Shown in pieces: positions 26,791-39,870 of a stretch of DNA of 64,000 nt. The translations under genes and the position numbers were made by a program. This DNA is from Octopus sinensis (lineage: Eukaryota), in contig NC_042997.1 of assembly GCF_006345805.1 (NCBI RefSeq), positions 52,514,001 through 52,578,000 on the forward strand. The letters are read 5' to 3'. The notes under the pieces are model-generated. The model was not told the DNA's origin. It made no database searches and saw only the letters and a program-made list of their open reading frames with translations. Position 1 is the stretch's first letter. Each line of letters opens with the position of its first letter.

Positions 26791-27319
26791 TGCGTGTGTT
26801 GAAAGAAACCGTGATTTGGGAATTGAAAAAAAAAAGAAGGAAAAGAAAAAAGGTGGGTATGAAAAACTGATTGATGTTCTAAATCAATTGACCAGCCCAT
26901 TCCCTTTTTATGGGAAAAGTAAATTAAAAACGAAACCAACAACCAACCATAAATCCTATGGGACACACCGGATTCATGGCTGATTACTGAAGCAGTTTTG
27001 TTGCAAATGGACTACACTTCCGTCCACATCAATTCACACTTCACACCTTTCAAAAAATACACTGTATTTTACTTTATTTCCTTTCCGCTTGCTTGAGATA
27101 GTCTTTTAGGGATTGGTTAAAAAAGTTTGCGGGTGACTCAATATCTCTTACACAACACTGATAGTTACCACTGTTTTCATTTCACAGCAAATAACAATAA
27201 CTGAAAAAAAAAAAAGATTTTATCTAAACAAGACAAAATTATTGCTACTAAAAACCCAGTCAGTATGATTTTTTTAAATTTTGGTCGCGGAGTTGTAAGT
27301 TTCAGCCAGGTAGTAATAG

Positions 27320-27535
27320 ATTGGTTTCAAATGTTGGCACAAGGCCAGCGACTTCGGGGGAGGAGGTAAATCGATTACATCAACTCTGGTGCTCAGCTGG
27401 TACTTATTTTATCGATCCCCTAAAGGATGAAAGGCAAGTCGACTTTAGCAGAATTTGAACTTAAAACGTAAAGACGGACGAAATACCGCTAAACATTTTG
27501 CCCGGCGTGTTAACGGTTCTGGCAGCTTACGGCTT
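27320..27535 (-). mobile_element. SINE family A (diverged)
   Basis: Reverse complement of the family A body. Confidence 0.7.
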
Positions 27536-28144
27536 TGCGGATGGTAATATATTAAGGAGAACAAATGACAGCATTTCTAAAATAGTACCACACACTTCAT
27601 CTTCTTATGGGCGATCATTGAATTGATAATTCATTCAATAATAGTCAACAATGTTTTTGTAGGTCGACGGGAATAAATGGATCTCCATCGGTTTCGGCGA
27701 GGAGGATTCAGTTGTTCGATCAACTGAACTACCTGAAAAGTAAATTAGTGTCTGACTGACTGAGCATTCCAAAGTCACGTGTAACCATTTACATAACTAT
27801 CTGGCAGAATCAATGTGACACAGTACATGTCAAGTTTGCGTCTTCGAATTACAACAGGGTTTTTTTTACAGATTTCGTCTACCTAATTCGACTCATAAGG
27901 CATGGGTTGTTCTGGGTAAATAGCAAGGCTCTTGCTCAAAATACCGCGCACTTTAACCGAACCCAGGAACGTCGCGATTAGGAGCGAAGTTCTTAACCAA
28001 CTTAATAAAACAAAAACAAAACACTACTTCTTTTTGAAAACACCTTTCGTTGTTTTTCAAAAATAGAAGGCTCATAAGCAAAAAAGAGAAAGAAAACATT
28101 TAAAATAAGTATACCTTAAAAAAAAAGGTAAAAATAAAACTTCA

Positions 28145-29693
28145 GTCTTGTGAGGAAATGCTGTTCGCAGAGAAATTGCCACTTGATTCAATAAGTGCAA
28201 CTATTTTTCACACTCTCAAGTCTTTCCTTTTGAACAAAATATCCCACTCAGTAATATTCTTGCTTGTTCGTCTGATGACTCTCCTAAAGTGTGAAATTTC
28301 CCACCAGATACTAACTGTTCATTGCTTGGCACACCGGCAGCATTTAGTGGCACAAAATATGAACGGTAGGTTGAATGATGCACTACAGTTAGTTATCAAG
28401 ACTGTGAACAAATTGAAGTCCAGTCCCTTGTCTGATCAAATTTTCCACCAACTCTGAGAAATGATGAGGACCATACTAAACTTTTATACCATACCGAAGT
28501 GCGGTGGCTGTCAAAAGGAAACTGTGTTTTACGCTTTGTTGAACTGTTTCATATAATTATATCTTTCTTTGGAGATACTCCACTATCCGCTTCATTGATG
28601 GTTGCAAGGTGCGATATCTTTTTTCTTTGTGATACAGTCATAAAATTAAATGATTTGAATAAGTTATTGCAAGGAAACAGAAAACCTCTCATTGATTGTG
28701 AATCATTTATCACTACCTTCATTTCGAAATTGGTGTTGTATAAGACTAACATTTCAAAACGTCAATTCCATCAGTCTCCACAACTTGATTCTTTCTTTGA
28801 AAGATGATTTAGTTAATGAGGATTTAACTACATATCGCAGCTATTTACAATCATTTCACGGTATATGGTGGAGCGATTTCAAGATGTTATTGCGCTGAAT
28901 ATTCCAAATTGGTATAGCAATCCGTCTGAAGTCGATGCTGTCGATTGCGAGGATGATGTTCAGTAGGAATTGATAGAATTACAAAATGACAATGAACCCA
29001 CAATGCGATATCGCCGTAATGGCAAAGAAGGTTCGTGGTACCACCAGAGTATATTGAATTCCTACGCCAGTCTGTGAAAACATCTGAAATTACTTTTGCT
29101 TACCTTCCCTACCTCATACCTGGTTGAATCTGGTTTTAATCATGTTGGAACTTTACTTTCCCATAAAAGAATTGGACTGGATGTGACAGAACGAGGAAAC
29201 TTGCAGATAAAGTTGACAAGTTTGAAACCGAATGTATCTGCACTAGCTGAATCGCACCAGATACACGGTTCTCATTAAAAAATTTTATTCTGTTCCTTTA
29301 TAATACAATCATTAATTATTTTTGTATCGGTAGTTCTGATCAATGGTTCATTTGTGAAAATCAAAATCAATGTAAAAGAAAGCGCAAGTTTCCAGAAGTT
29401 AATCTGTCTGAAAATTATAGAGTTAACGTTAGAATTTTATTAACACTAATGGCAAAACCAAACCCACAATAAGGGATTTGTAAACGACCGCATATTTAGT
29501 ATAAACGGCTCTAACAGGGCAACGAGTCTACGATAAAGTGTTTGTCAAATGATACAGGGGAGGGGGATTTTGTGTGTGTGTGTGTGGGGGGGGGGTGTCA
29601 ATGTTTTTTTTACACAGGTGGGCGATAGAGCTTTTTTTTTGGCTGATAGGTAGGCGATATTGTAATTTGGCGCGAAAAGTTTGGGAAACACTG
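28145..29693 (+). mobile_element. Buster/Charlie-type hAT transposon remnant (ZBED5/SCAND3-like transposase), 5'-truncated
   Basis: VHCLAHRQHLV, HTEVRWLSKG, FPTSYLVESGF motifs with stops and frameshifts; 3' TIR aaagtttgggaaacactg (to 29693) followed by gtcTAtgg, fitting the nnnTAnnn target. Confidence 0.9.
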
Positions 29694-30004
29694 GTCTATG
29701 GTAAGATATCAACTAGCTGACAGACCTCAGTACGAACAGAGAACAGAATAAAACAATAAGTTGGAATCATATACATACCTACACACACACACGCGCGCGC
29801 GCACACACACGCGCGCGCGCACACACACACATATGCATATGTATAATATGGTGTATATACATAAATATATAGTTACATATGTATATATATATATATATAT
29901 ATAATATAAAAACTTACTTGGAGAAATAAGAAAGTGACGCGAAGCGTTCAATCATATAATAACAATTTAACAAATAAAACATATGCATACATACATACAT
30001 ATAT

Positions 30005-30230
30005 ATTTCTTTACTACCCACAAGGGGCTAAACACAGAGGGGACAAACAAGGAGAGACAAACGGATTAAGTCGATTACATCGACCCCAGTGCGTAACTGG
30101 TACTTAATTTATCGACCCCGAAAGGATGAAAGGCAAAGTCGACCTCGGCGGAATTTGAACTCGGAACGTAACGACAGACGAAATACGGTTACGCAGGTCG
30201 CCCAGCTAACGTTTCTGCCAGCTCGCCGCC
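30005..30230 (-). mobile_element. SINE family A
   Basis: Near-complete copy ending gctcgccgcc. Confidence 0.85.
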
Positions 30231-30232
30231 TA

Positions 30233-30788
30233 CATACATACATATATGTACATATCTACATCTATATGTATATATACATGCATATATATATATATATATA
30301 TATATAAGAGTACAGGACACCACAAATAAACGTAGAACACAACGAGAACGAAAACATAAAAACAAACAAGGAAACGGACTTTTTTAACAACGAAAAAACA
30401 GAGTATAAGACAAACAATACAAGGAATATTCCCCTTCATCAGCTGCCCCTGGTTCGACTCAATGCGTGTTTCGAAGGTAAGGGCAGAACACGATCCGGCT
30501 GAAGCAGTCCTTCCTGCAAAATGAATTAAATAAAATTCTTTTGCAGAGGGGTCCTTCGAAACACGCATTGAGTCGAACCAGGGGCAGCTGATGAAGGGGA
30601 ATATTCCTTGTATTGTTTGTCTTATACTCTGTTTTTTCGTTGTTAAAAACAAGTCCGTTTCCTTGTTTGTTTTTATGTTTTCGTTTCTCGTTGTGTTCTA
30701 CGTTTATTTGTGGTGTCCTGTACTCTTATATATATATATGCATGTATATATACATATAGATGTAGATATGTACATATATGTATGTATG
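30233..30788. repeat. Near-perfect inverted repeat (~240 bp arms, 75 nt spacer)
   Basis: 30233-30477 / 30553-30788 differ only by small indels; the arms include the flanking microsatellite. Confidence 0.95.
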
Positions 30789-30811
30789 CATATGTTTTAT
30801 TGTTAAATTGT

Positions 30812-30855
<44 letters not shown>

Positions 30856-31186
30856 TTGTATTTAGGGATGGTCATGTTGCCAGTTAAGCCAATAAAAACA
30901 CACGCACTATATATTTGGTGTTCATTTGCTTCAGCTTTATTTTATATTAATTGTACTTTGGCCAGAGTTCTTTCGTCACACTTCTGTGACCTCATCAGTG
31001 GTCCTTTGCTTTCTTCTTTCTTTTTTGTGTGTCTTTCCTTACTAATGATCAGCCATTTTATATTACTAGGAATACTCTGGCCAAAATACAATTTATATAA
31101 AATAAAGCTGAAGCAAATGAACACCAAATATATAGTGTGTGTGTTTTTATTGGCTAAACTGGCAACATGACCATCCCCAAATACAA
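30856..31186. repeat. Inverted repeat (113 bp arms, 5 mismatches)
   Basis: 30856-30968 / 31074-31186. Confidence 0.92.
30960..31004 (-). ncRNA. Type I hammerhead ribozyme, complete core
   Basis: GGACCA-CUGAUGA-G-GUCAC-agaagu-GUGAC-GAAA-G-aa-CUC|UGGCC. Confidence 0.7.
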
Positions 31187-31304
31187 TATCTGTTTCAACA
31201 CACGAATTCACATCAAGAATCTTGCAAAACGAATATATAAAGGTAAATATATACATATATAAATATATATATATTTATATATATGTGTGTGTGTGTGTGT
31301 GTGC

Positions 31305-31403
<99 letters not shown>

Positions 31404-31642
31404 TTCATGTTTTCATGTTTTCCAGTTTCAACTCTTTATATATATGTATATAATGTATATACATAAATATTTGCGTATGTGTGAGGTATATGTATATGTG
31501 TGTGCATATGTGTGTGTGTGTGTAGTTGTGCAATATCTTTCAAGTGTAATTTATTATTCTCCTCTTTACTTTTGCTTTGCCTCATTAACTATCTGCCGTG
31601 TAATCTGCTTGTTTATCGAAATAAATGTCACGATACACTTAC

Positions 31643-31742
31643 TGGCGAGTTCGATGACTGAATGTGTCGATTTGCAAAAGACAACAAACAACTTGACATT
31701 TGATTGTTCGCAATGTAAGAGATCAATTAATTTTGGCATAAG
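31643..31742 (-). CDS. Candidate internal coding exon (100 nt)
   Basis: Polypyrimidine tract plus AG, donor A|GTAAGT, only one open frame (LMPKLIDLLHCEQSNVKLFVVFCKSTHSVIELA); ends in phase 1, matching 20254-20495. Confidence 0.35.
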
Positions 31743-31952
31743 CTTGGAATGAAAATAGTGAAATGAAATGCATAGAAAATATTAACATTTAAAAAAAGAA
31801 AAATTGTCGCCAATATTAGTTCAAAAATGTTCATTAAAGTTGCTTTGGAAATCTCGGTGGGTCCATGATGAGTGTGTGTGTGTGTTTGTGTGTGTGTGAG
31901 TGTGTTTGTGTGCGCGTATGTGTGTGTGTATATGTATGCACGTGCGCACGTG

Positions 31953-32023
<71 letters not shown>

Positions 32024-32070
32024 AAATATGTGTGGGTGTATATATATATGCATATGTGAGTGTGTGTATA

Positions 32071-32326
32071 TATATCGTTGCTATTATGCAAAACTGTCTT
32101 AAGTCCAAAGCATTGCTTTTTCAGAAAACGAAAAAATAATTTCACTATTTCATAGCAAAACCATTGTATTATACCTTGACAATTTTGATATTTTGGCATC
32201 TGAAGCAGCTGGAAATATGATAGTTTGGCCACAAGAACCGGCTATTGCAAACAAAAATAAATATTGAAAACAAAACGTATTTGGCCAAAGTTGGACAAAC
32301 GACAGTTTTATAATAGCAACGATATA
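32071..32326. mobile_element. MITE with terminal inverted repeats
   Basis: tatatcgttgctattat / ataatagcaacgatata perfect 17 bp, extending imperfectly; TA-flanked. Confidence 0.7.
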
Positions 32327-32427
32327 CATCCATCCATCTATCCATCCATCCATCCATCCATCCATCCATCCATCCATCCACATACATACATACATACATA
32401 CATACATACATACATACATACATACAT

Positions 32428-32840
32428 TTACTCTTTTACTTGTTTCAGTCATGTGACTGTGCCATGCTGGAGCACCACCTTTAGTCGAGCAAATCGACCC
32501 CAGAGCTTATTCTTTGTAAGCCTAGTACTTATTCTATCGGGGTCTTTTACTGAACCGCTAAGTTACAGGGACGTAGAAACATCAGGATCAGTCGTCAATC
32601 AAGCGATGTTGGGGGGACAAACACGGACACACATACGTATACACACACACACACAAACACACACATATATATATATATATACATACATACACGACGGTCT
32701 TCCAGTTTCCGTCTACCAAATCCACTCACAAGGCTTTGGTCGGCCCGAAGCTATTATAGAAGACACTTGCTCAAGGTGCCACGCTGTGAGACTGAACCTG
32801 GGACCATGTTGTTGGTAAGCAAGCTACTTAGCCACTCCTT
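32428..32840 (+). mobile_element. SINE family B, full composite copy
   Basis: Both halves present around a (CA)/(TA) linker. Confidence 0.8.
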
Positions 32841-32874
32841 TGTGTTCTGGTATTGTTTTATTTCCTTATTTTAG

Positions 32875-32905
<31 letters not shown>

Positions 32906-32919
32906 TATTATTAATAATA

Positions 32920-32957
<38 letters not shown>

Positions 32958-32960
32958 AAT

Positions 32961-33803
32961 AAGGGCTAAAATCAGAGAGAGAAAGTTTCATATTAGCTGC
33001 TCAAGACCAAAGCTTATTTACCCGGAACTACCAAGCCAATGTGATGAAAAATGGAGCAGACTCAAAATGCCGATTCTGTAACGATGAGATTGAAACAATA
33101 GACCACATAATCTCAGGGTGTAGAGTCTTAGCACCTGCAGAATATAAAGCAAGACATGACAGAGTCGGCCAGTATTTACACTGGACAATATGTCGGCATT
33201 ATAAAATCAAAACCAGACAAATGGTATAAACATCATCCTGAAGCTGTAACTGAGGGAGAAAATGTGTCGATTCTATGGGACTTCCACGTGCAGACCGACA
33301 GGACTATAAAAGGCAATAAACCGGATATCATTATAAAAGATCAGACAAAAAGGATGTGTTTATTAATTGACATGAGTATTCCCTGTGATCACAATATAGC
33401 GGCGAAAGAATTTGACAAGATTAGTAAATGGAAATTGAAAAAAATGTGGCATCTCAAGGCGACTACAGTACCAGTGATTGTAGGATCTCTAGGAATGATA
33501 AAAAAAGGTACTGAAACCTATTTGAAAATGATTCCAGGCTTACCATCCCTACAGGAAGTGCAAAAAATCGTATTAACTGGAACGGCTCATGTGCCGAGAA
33601 GAGCACTATCGCTGTGAAAATAACATCCATCCATTAATTTATTTATTTATTAATTTTTAAATACATATTTTATCTGTGAATTTGCGCATGTAATCTGGGA
33701 ATGCATACAATGCCCTTCTCTGCTCTAGGTGTATGGAAAACACTCGGCGAGAAACGGAAGAAAATTTGAAGAAAGAAGGTAAAAACATAATAATAATAAT
33801 AAT
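32961..33803 (+). mobile_element. R4/Dong-clade LINE 3' fragment 1 (CCHC knuckle + REL endonuclease) with (TAA)n tail
   Basis: AAQDQSL, CRFC..EIETIDHIISGC, RHDRVG, ILWDF.VQTD, NKPDII, LIDMSIP, VPVIVGSLG; flanked by (TAA)/(TGA) repeats. Confidence 0.9.
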
Positions 33804-34365
33804 CGTAAGTACTATATTGGAAACTGCGAAAAGTGGGGGCTAGAGAGAGGTATGAGAGCAAACCTCAGAGAGTGGCGGTGTCGGAGACTAGCAAAATCCT
33901 CTGTAATTTCCCAATCCAAACAGATCAAGTGCTAGAGCATAACAGACTGGACTTGGTGGCGGTCGATAAGATGCACCACATGTGCTATATAGTTGATATT
34001 GCATGCTCCTTTGAGTCACGAATAGTCAAGAAGGACAGCGAAAAATTAGATAAATACGAAATAGCCCGGCTATGGAAAATGAAGAAGGTCGAGATAGTGA
34101 CAATTATTGTTAGGTCCTTGAGGACAGTATCAGAAGGCATCAAGAGGAATATAAAGGAAGTTGGAATAGAGTGTCCAATAGAACTGTTACAAAACGTTTG
34201 CCTCCTTGGCACAATCAAAATAATCAGTAAAATATTAGATGGCTGAAAAAAAAAACGGATAGCATGGTACCGCAGGTTGCAGGCAGCAAACCCGCTACGC
34301 ATACAAGATTCCAGGAGTTCCAACAAAACCTGTGATAAAAAGAAATAATAAAAATCATTATTATC
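33804..34365 (+). mobile_element. R4/Dong-clade LINE 3' fragment 2 (different lineage)
   Basis: FPIQTDQVLEHNRLDLV, IVDIAC, KLDKY, IELLQNVCLLGT. Confidence 0.8.
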
Positions 34366-34374
34366 CTTTCTACT

Positions 34375-34535
34375 GAAGGCACAAGGCATGGAATTCGGCG
34401 GGAGGGGACTAATCGATTACATCGACTCCAGTGTTTCACTTGTACTTATTTTATCGACCCCCAAAAGAATGAAAGCTAAAGTCGACCTCGGCGGTATTCG
34501 AACTCAGAACGTAAAGACGGACGAAATACCGGCAA
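34375..34535 (-). mobile_element. SINE family A (partial)
   Basis: Family body motifs. Confidence 0.7.
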
Positions 34536-34714
34536 GCATAATAATAATACGTATACTTTGTATACTATAAGCAATTTATCACAGTTCATCGTTCTGTCCG
34601 TTTCTTTCTCATCTTTTACGTAAATCCCACACAAATTGTTGACTGTCCTTGTGATGCCCCCCACATCGATGCACATGTGGCTAATAAAAGAAGTCATGAT
34701 TATCGTCGTCCTCA

Positions 34715-34723
34715 TCGTCGTCG

Positions 34724-34778
<55 letters not shown>

Positions 34779-34793
34779 TATCCAATGTGTGCA

Positions 34794-34828
<35 letters not shown>

Positions 34829-35095
34829 CTCGTGTGCGTGTATGTATATACGTATGTGTGTGTGTGCGTGTGTATATTTATATATACATGCATACATACG
34901 CACATACACATACATACATACATACATACATACATACATAATACATACATACACACACATACGTACATACATACACACACGTATGTTTGTGTGTGTATTT
35001 GTATGTATGTACATACGTGTGTGTATGCATGTATGTATGTATGTATGTATGTATGTATGTATGTATGTATGTATGTATGTATGTATGTATGTATA
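34715..35095. repeat. (CAT)n, (TA)n, (TACA)n, (TATG)n compound microsatellites
   Basis: Direct reading. Confidence 0.9.
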
Positions 35096-35929
35096 CGCCA
35101 TGTTAAATAACTGTCTTTGATCTGTTTATAAAGCACTGACGCACATCAGGCACCGTATGGTGACCAGATATCACGAATTTGATTTCCATCTGGAAACTAA
35201 TCTCACTAACTATACCATTTTACGATCATGCCAGTAACGAAGACGTTACACTCTGATGGGAGAACAGATTTGTTTTAATTCTAGAGCTGTAAATGGCTTC
35301 TCCACTATTGTCATCATAGATCATAACCATCACAACCACCCACCATAACAACAAGGACAACGATTGCAGCAATGGTGTTTTTTGGTTGTTATCGTTGTTC
35401 TTGTTCTTGTTATCTCCGTTGTTGTTGGCGGTAGAAGGGCGGTGGTGAGGTAGCTGTTGCCATCATGGTCGTGGTGATGATGTGGGCTGATGATAATGAT
35501 GGTGATGGTCGTCGTAGTGGTGGTAGTCGTCGTAGTCGTCGTAGTGGTAGTAGTGGTGATGATGTTGATGAGGATTGCGATAGGGATGCTGAGTAGCGTT
35601 GACAACGACAGCAAAAAGTTGTCTGTGTGCGTGTGTGAGAGAGAGAGAGAGAGAATAAATATGTATGTACATATTCGTGATATATTGTTTTGTGGCATTT
35701 TTTATATATCGTAGACGTCATGTAATGTGTCGTGGGAGTTATTTACAAACTAGAAACAGTAAATTCTTATTCCTATGGTTACTAACGAGGTTGTGTTATG
35801 CTGTTCTATACAATATTTTCTTCCTTAATTTACAACTGCTCTCTAGAGGAATGAGTTTTTTTTATTGAAAAATGAAATATATTTCAATATATGGAATTTA
35901 TTTGCTAATGCAATGGCTGGTTTGCATTA

Positions 35930-37403
35930 GCTGAAAAGAATGGAAAGTGATTCTGTCTAAAAAGATAAAAATGATACCTATTGTCCACAAAGACAAACAG
36001 AATATTACAGTTCTATATTATGTTCATACTTGGACATAATAGCCCATTTTGAAGAGCTAGCCATAAAGATGCCAAAAGCTCAAGGAGATGAACTAAGGTG
36101 GAAAGTAAGACAGGTACTAGAAAAGCGAAACTTCCCAAACCAAACATCACTAAGGAAGAAAAGTTCGCTATCAAAAGACTACAGAGTAACAATTCCATCA
36201 CTAATACTTCCAGTAGTCAAGGGAAATGCTACGGTAGCGATGAGCAAGTCTGACTACTCGGAAAAACTGGCAAGTCTTATAAGTGATGGTAGCTACTGCA
36301 AAGTAAAGAAATACCCCAATACAGAGAGGAAGTTGTCACAGACCTTGATCAAGAACAAGGATCACTTTACATCAATGAAGTACAGACAACTGATTCAACA
36401 CTACAGTAAACTACCACACATGTACGGTCCCCCTAAGATTCACAAGGATGGTATTCCATTAAGACCTATAGTGAGCTGTAGAGGTTCAGCATGTCATCAA
36501 CTGAGCCGCTTCCTTGTGGATATAATCAGTCCATTAGCAGGAAAGTCAACATGGTACGTGAAGAATACCACCCACTTCACATAATTGATCAAGGATACCC
36601 CCATTGAATCCAACCAGATGGTGAGTCTAGATGTGATAAGTCTGTTCACGAAAGTCCAACTGGTGAAGCACTATCGGTGATTCAAGAAAAACTAGTGACA
36701 GACACCCATCTAAAAGAACGCACTAGTATACCAATAAGAAAGTCGATGAAAATGTTGACCTTCTGTGTAGAAACTACCTATTTCAGTATGGACACTGATA
36801 TATATCGACAAGAAGAAGGTTTAGCAATGGGCTTGCCATTATCACCAATAATAGCCAATATACACATGGAATACTTTGAGAATTTGGCTTTAGGATCAAC
36901 ACCACTAAAACCAAGACTATGGCTGCGCTATGTTGATGACACCTTTATACTTTGGCCCCACCAGGAAGATTTCCAAGTGCTGTTAGATCATGTGAACTCA
37001 CTAAAGCCATCCATATAGTTCACAATGGAAAAGGAAAAAAGACAATCAGCTAGCATTCCTGGATGTATTAATAACACGCACCAAGTATGGATTCAGGACA
37101 TCCGTATACCGCAAGCCGCCTTTCACTGGACGATACCTCAACTTCAATTCCCACCATCCATACAGTGTAAAGAGAAGGATTGTTCAGTGCCTAAAACATC
37201 GAGCAAAAAATATAAGTAGCGATCGTGATACCCGCCACGAAGAAATGATCAAGCTCAGTAACAATCTATTAAGCAACAACTACCCCCAAAACATACAATC
37301 CACTCCAATTATGAAGAAAAGAGAGGACGAAACCAATAAACTGTCCACAGTCTGTCTACCTTATGTGAAAGGCCTTTCCGAAAAGATACAAAAGATATGC
37401 GGC
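35930..37403 (+). mobile_element. Penelope-like element RT pseudogene (GIY-YIG part missing)
   Basis: KGNATV, MYGPPKIHKDGIPLRPIVS, MVSLDVISLF, EGLAMGLPLSPIIAN, WLRYVDDTF, FTMEKE, YLNFNSHHP, LPYVKGLSEKI. Confidence 0.92.
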
Positions 37404-39780
37404 CCCATGTTTCCAGAGGTGAATTATCCAAACCCCAAATAATTCCTCACAACACATGGCTATGATACTCTCCCACTACTGTTCATGAGCAGAGATGCAC
37501 ATAGCGTCAGCCACTAAAGGACATACTTAACCGGTTAAAGTCAAACAACTGAAAACAATTTTGTGGTAGTGAGCAGAATATTTGCTGTAGCCCATCTTTT
37601 ATACCAAGACAAAGCAATGTACTTGATAACACTTCTAATCAGTTAAGATCAGAAGCCATGGGATCCACGTCCTGGTACTTATAGCCCGTCTCTTCTATCT
37701 GCTTCATAACCTCCCCCGACGGTATCGTTAGCCCGTCGATACATTTGATTTTGCCTCTCTTAAAGACTAACACACTTTCTCAGTCCGAACTCCATTCTGA
37801 TATCAACACTGAAAGTATACACCGTATCAACGAGGGAACTGACTTGGGATTCATCTTTACCATAAAGTTTTCGGTCATCCATGAATAACAAATGGTTGAC
37901 TTTTTGTTGGCGGTTTTTGAATGCATACCCAGTTTTTGCTTTCCTCAGAATCAGTGTTAGCGGTATCAAGCACAGTACAAAGATCAGCGGGGACAGGCAG
38001 TCTCCTTGGAAGATTCCCCTCCTGATTTCTACTGTCCCTAAACTTCCTCCGTATGCTGTCAGATCCGTCCTCCAGTTCGCCATACTGTTTCCAAGTAATC
38101 GCTCAACATTCGATGCAATACCAAATAGGTTCATACATTCCATAATCCAAGAATGTGGGATCATATCGTACACCTTACGATAATTGATCCATGACACGGC
38201 TAAGTTACTTTTCTTCCTCTTGCAGCTTCTAAGTACAGTTTTGTCTATCAGGAGTTGATCCTTGGTACCTCTGCACTTACGCTTGCAACCCTTCTGCTCA
38301 TGTGGCAGGACTCCATTTTTCCCCAGATGTTCGTACATTGACTCTACGAGTATTCCAGTCAATAATTTCCACATAAATGACAAACAGGATATCGGCCTGT
38401 AATTGTCTACTGTATTGCCTTTTCGATGTTTTTCAAACACAGCACTGTCCTACCCAATGTCAACCACTCTGGTGTTACTTGGTTGGCATTTAACAAGGTG
38501 TTGAGTTGTGCAGCTATTCGTGCATGACATTCACCAAATCTTTTGATCCAGTGGCCTTGAACTCCAACTGATCCCGCGACCTTCCAGTTGCTCATTTTTT
38601 TGCTGATTTCCTTCACTTCCCTAATTGAAACTACTAGTTTTGCCTGTTTTGGATAGACGACTGTTTGTTTTAGTTCTTGCAACCATTCAGCATCCTTCTT
38701 GTGCTCCTTGTTTTTGCTCCAGATGTCATTCTAAAACATTTGACTTTCATTGTTATCTGGTATCAACTTTTCATCTGTACACTCTCCATTCATTTCTTTA
38801 TAGAATCTCTTTTGATCTACTCTGAATAACCTTTTTTGCTGGTATCCCTTCATTCTTTGGTCGTATCTTACCATCTTTGCTTTCTTTGCAACTAGGCGCT
38901 GTTTCAGTTCCTCCATTACCACTTTCAGGCCCTTTCTCTCAATATTATACTTCCTTTTCAGTGTCCTGTATTTTTGTTCGCTTTTAAGCTCCCCTTTCTC
39001 TTTTCAGTCTAACACAGAAATCTCCTTCTAGAGCATATCTAACCCTGCCTGTATTTTTCTTTTCCACCATGGGTCTTTTATTTTGTCACTCCCATTATAT
39101 TTCTTTTTCTTGACATCAACACCCACGTTTTCTGCTACAACAATACTTGCTGCCTTGATCAAATTATTTGTTTCTGTGATGTTGTTTATTCTGATGTATT
39201 TCATAATTTCATTGACATTTTTCGTTTCTCCTGTATTCTGTCGTAGATTGCCTTTTGTTCATCTGTCATGTCGCCATTAGTGTTATTGTCTTCTTTCAGA
39301 TCATCTATATGTCTCTCATCATATAAGCTACCACTGCTCCTTTCCTGTGCTTTGAGATTACTTTTATTAGTAAGAACTATATTTTCATCATTATCTCTGC
39401 TGCTATTTTCCAATACCCGTCTTTTGATAGCTTCGAGCTCTACTTCTGTGAAGCAACGATTTTTTCTTATTGCTCTAGCTTGATCCCATTTCACTCCAAT
39501 GATCATACATACGTTGTCGGTAACCCACTAATTTGAGCACCATTTTCATCTACAGGGTTGCTCAGGTAATAACACTCCATGACCACAGCATTAATTTGCT
39601 TGTTCCATCTACGCCATGTGTGGCAATACCTTTCTGGATATCGATGGGCTGGAGCCGGACCAGAATCTCTAAGCCTGCCGGGTGCAACACTGTCACCATC
39701 AATGGCTTCAGTTTCATTACCACCGTTATTCATAATATTTTGTTTTTTCAATGTCACTCATATTCCACCTGCTTCCTTTC
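37404..39780 (-). mobile_element. R4/Dong-clade LINE: 5' end plus RT, internally deleted, joined to part of its putative 3' UTR
   Basis: [77 protein letters not shown]; begins at the (AAC/AAT)n array. Confidence 0.9.
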
Positions 39781-39781
39781 G

Positions 39782-39819
<38 letters not shown>

Positions 39820-39870
39820 ATTATTATTATTATTGTTATTGTTGTTATTGTTGTTGTTGTTGTTGTTGTT
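39781..39870. repeat. (GTT)n/(ATT)n array between two Dong-related units
   Basis: Direct reading. Confidence 0.95.

Noticed and set aside
30553-30612. GAAAC...CUGAUGA as a type II hammerhead
   Set aside because: Stems I and III do not form, and GUAU replaces GAAA after the downstream hairpin.
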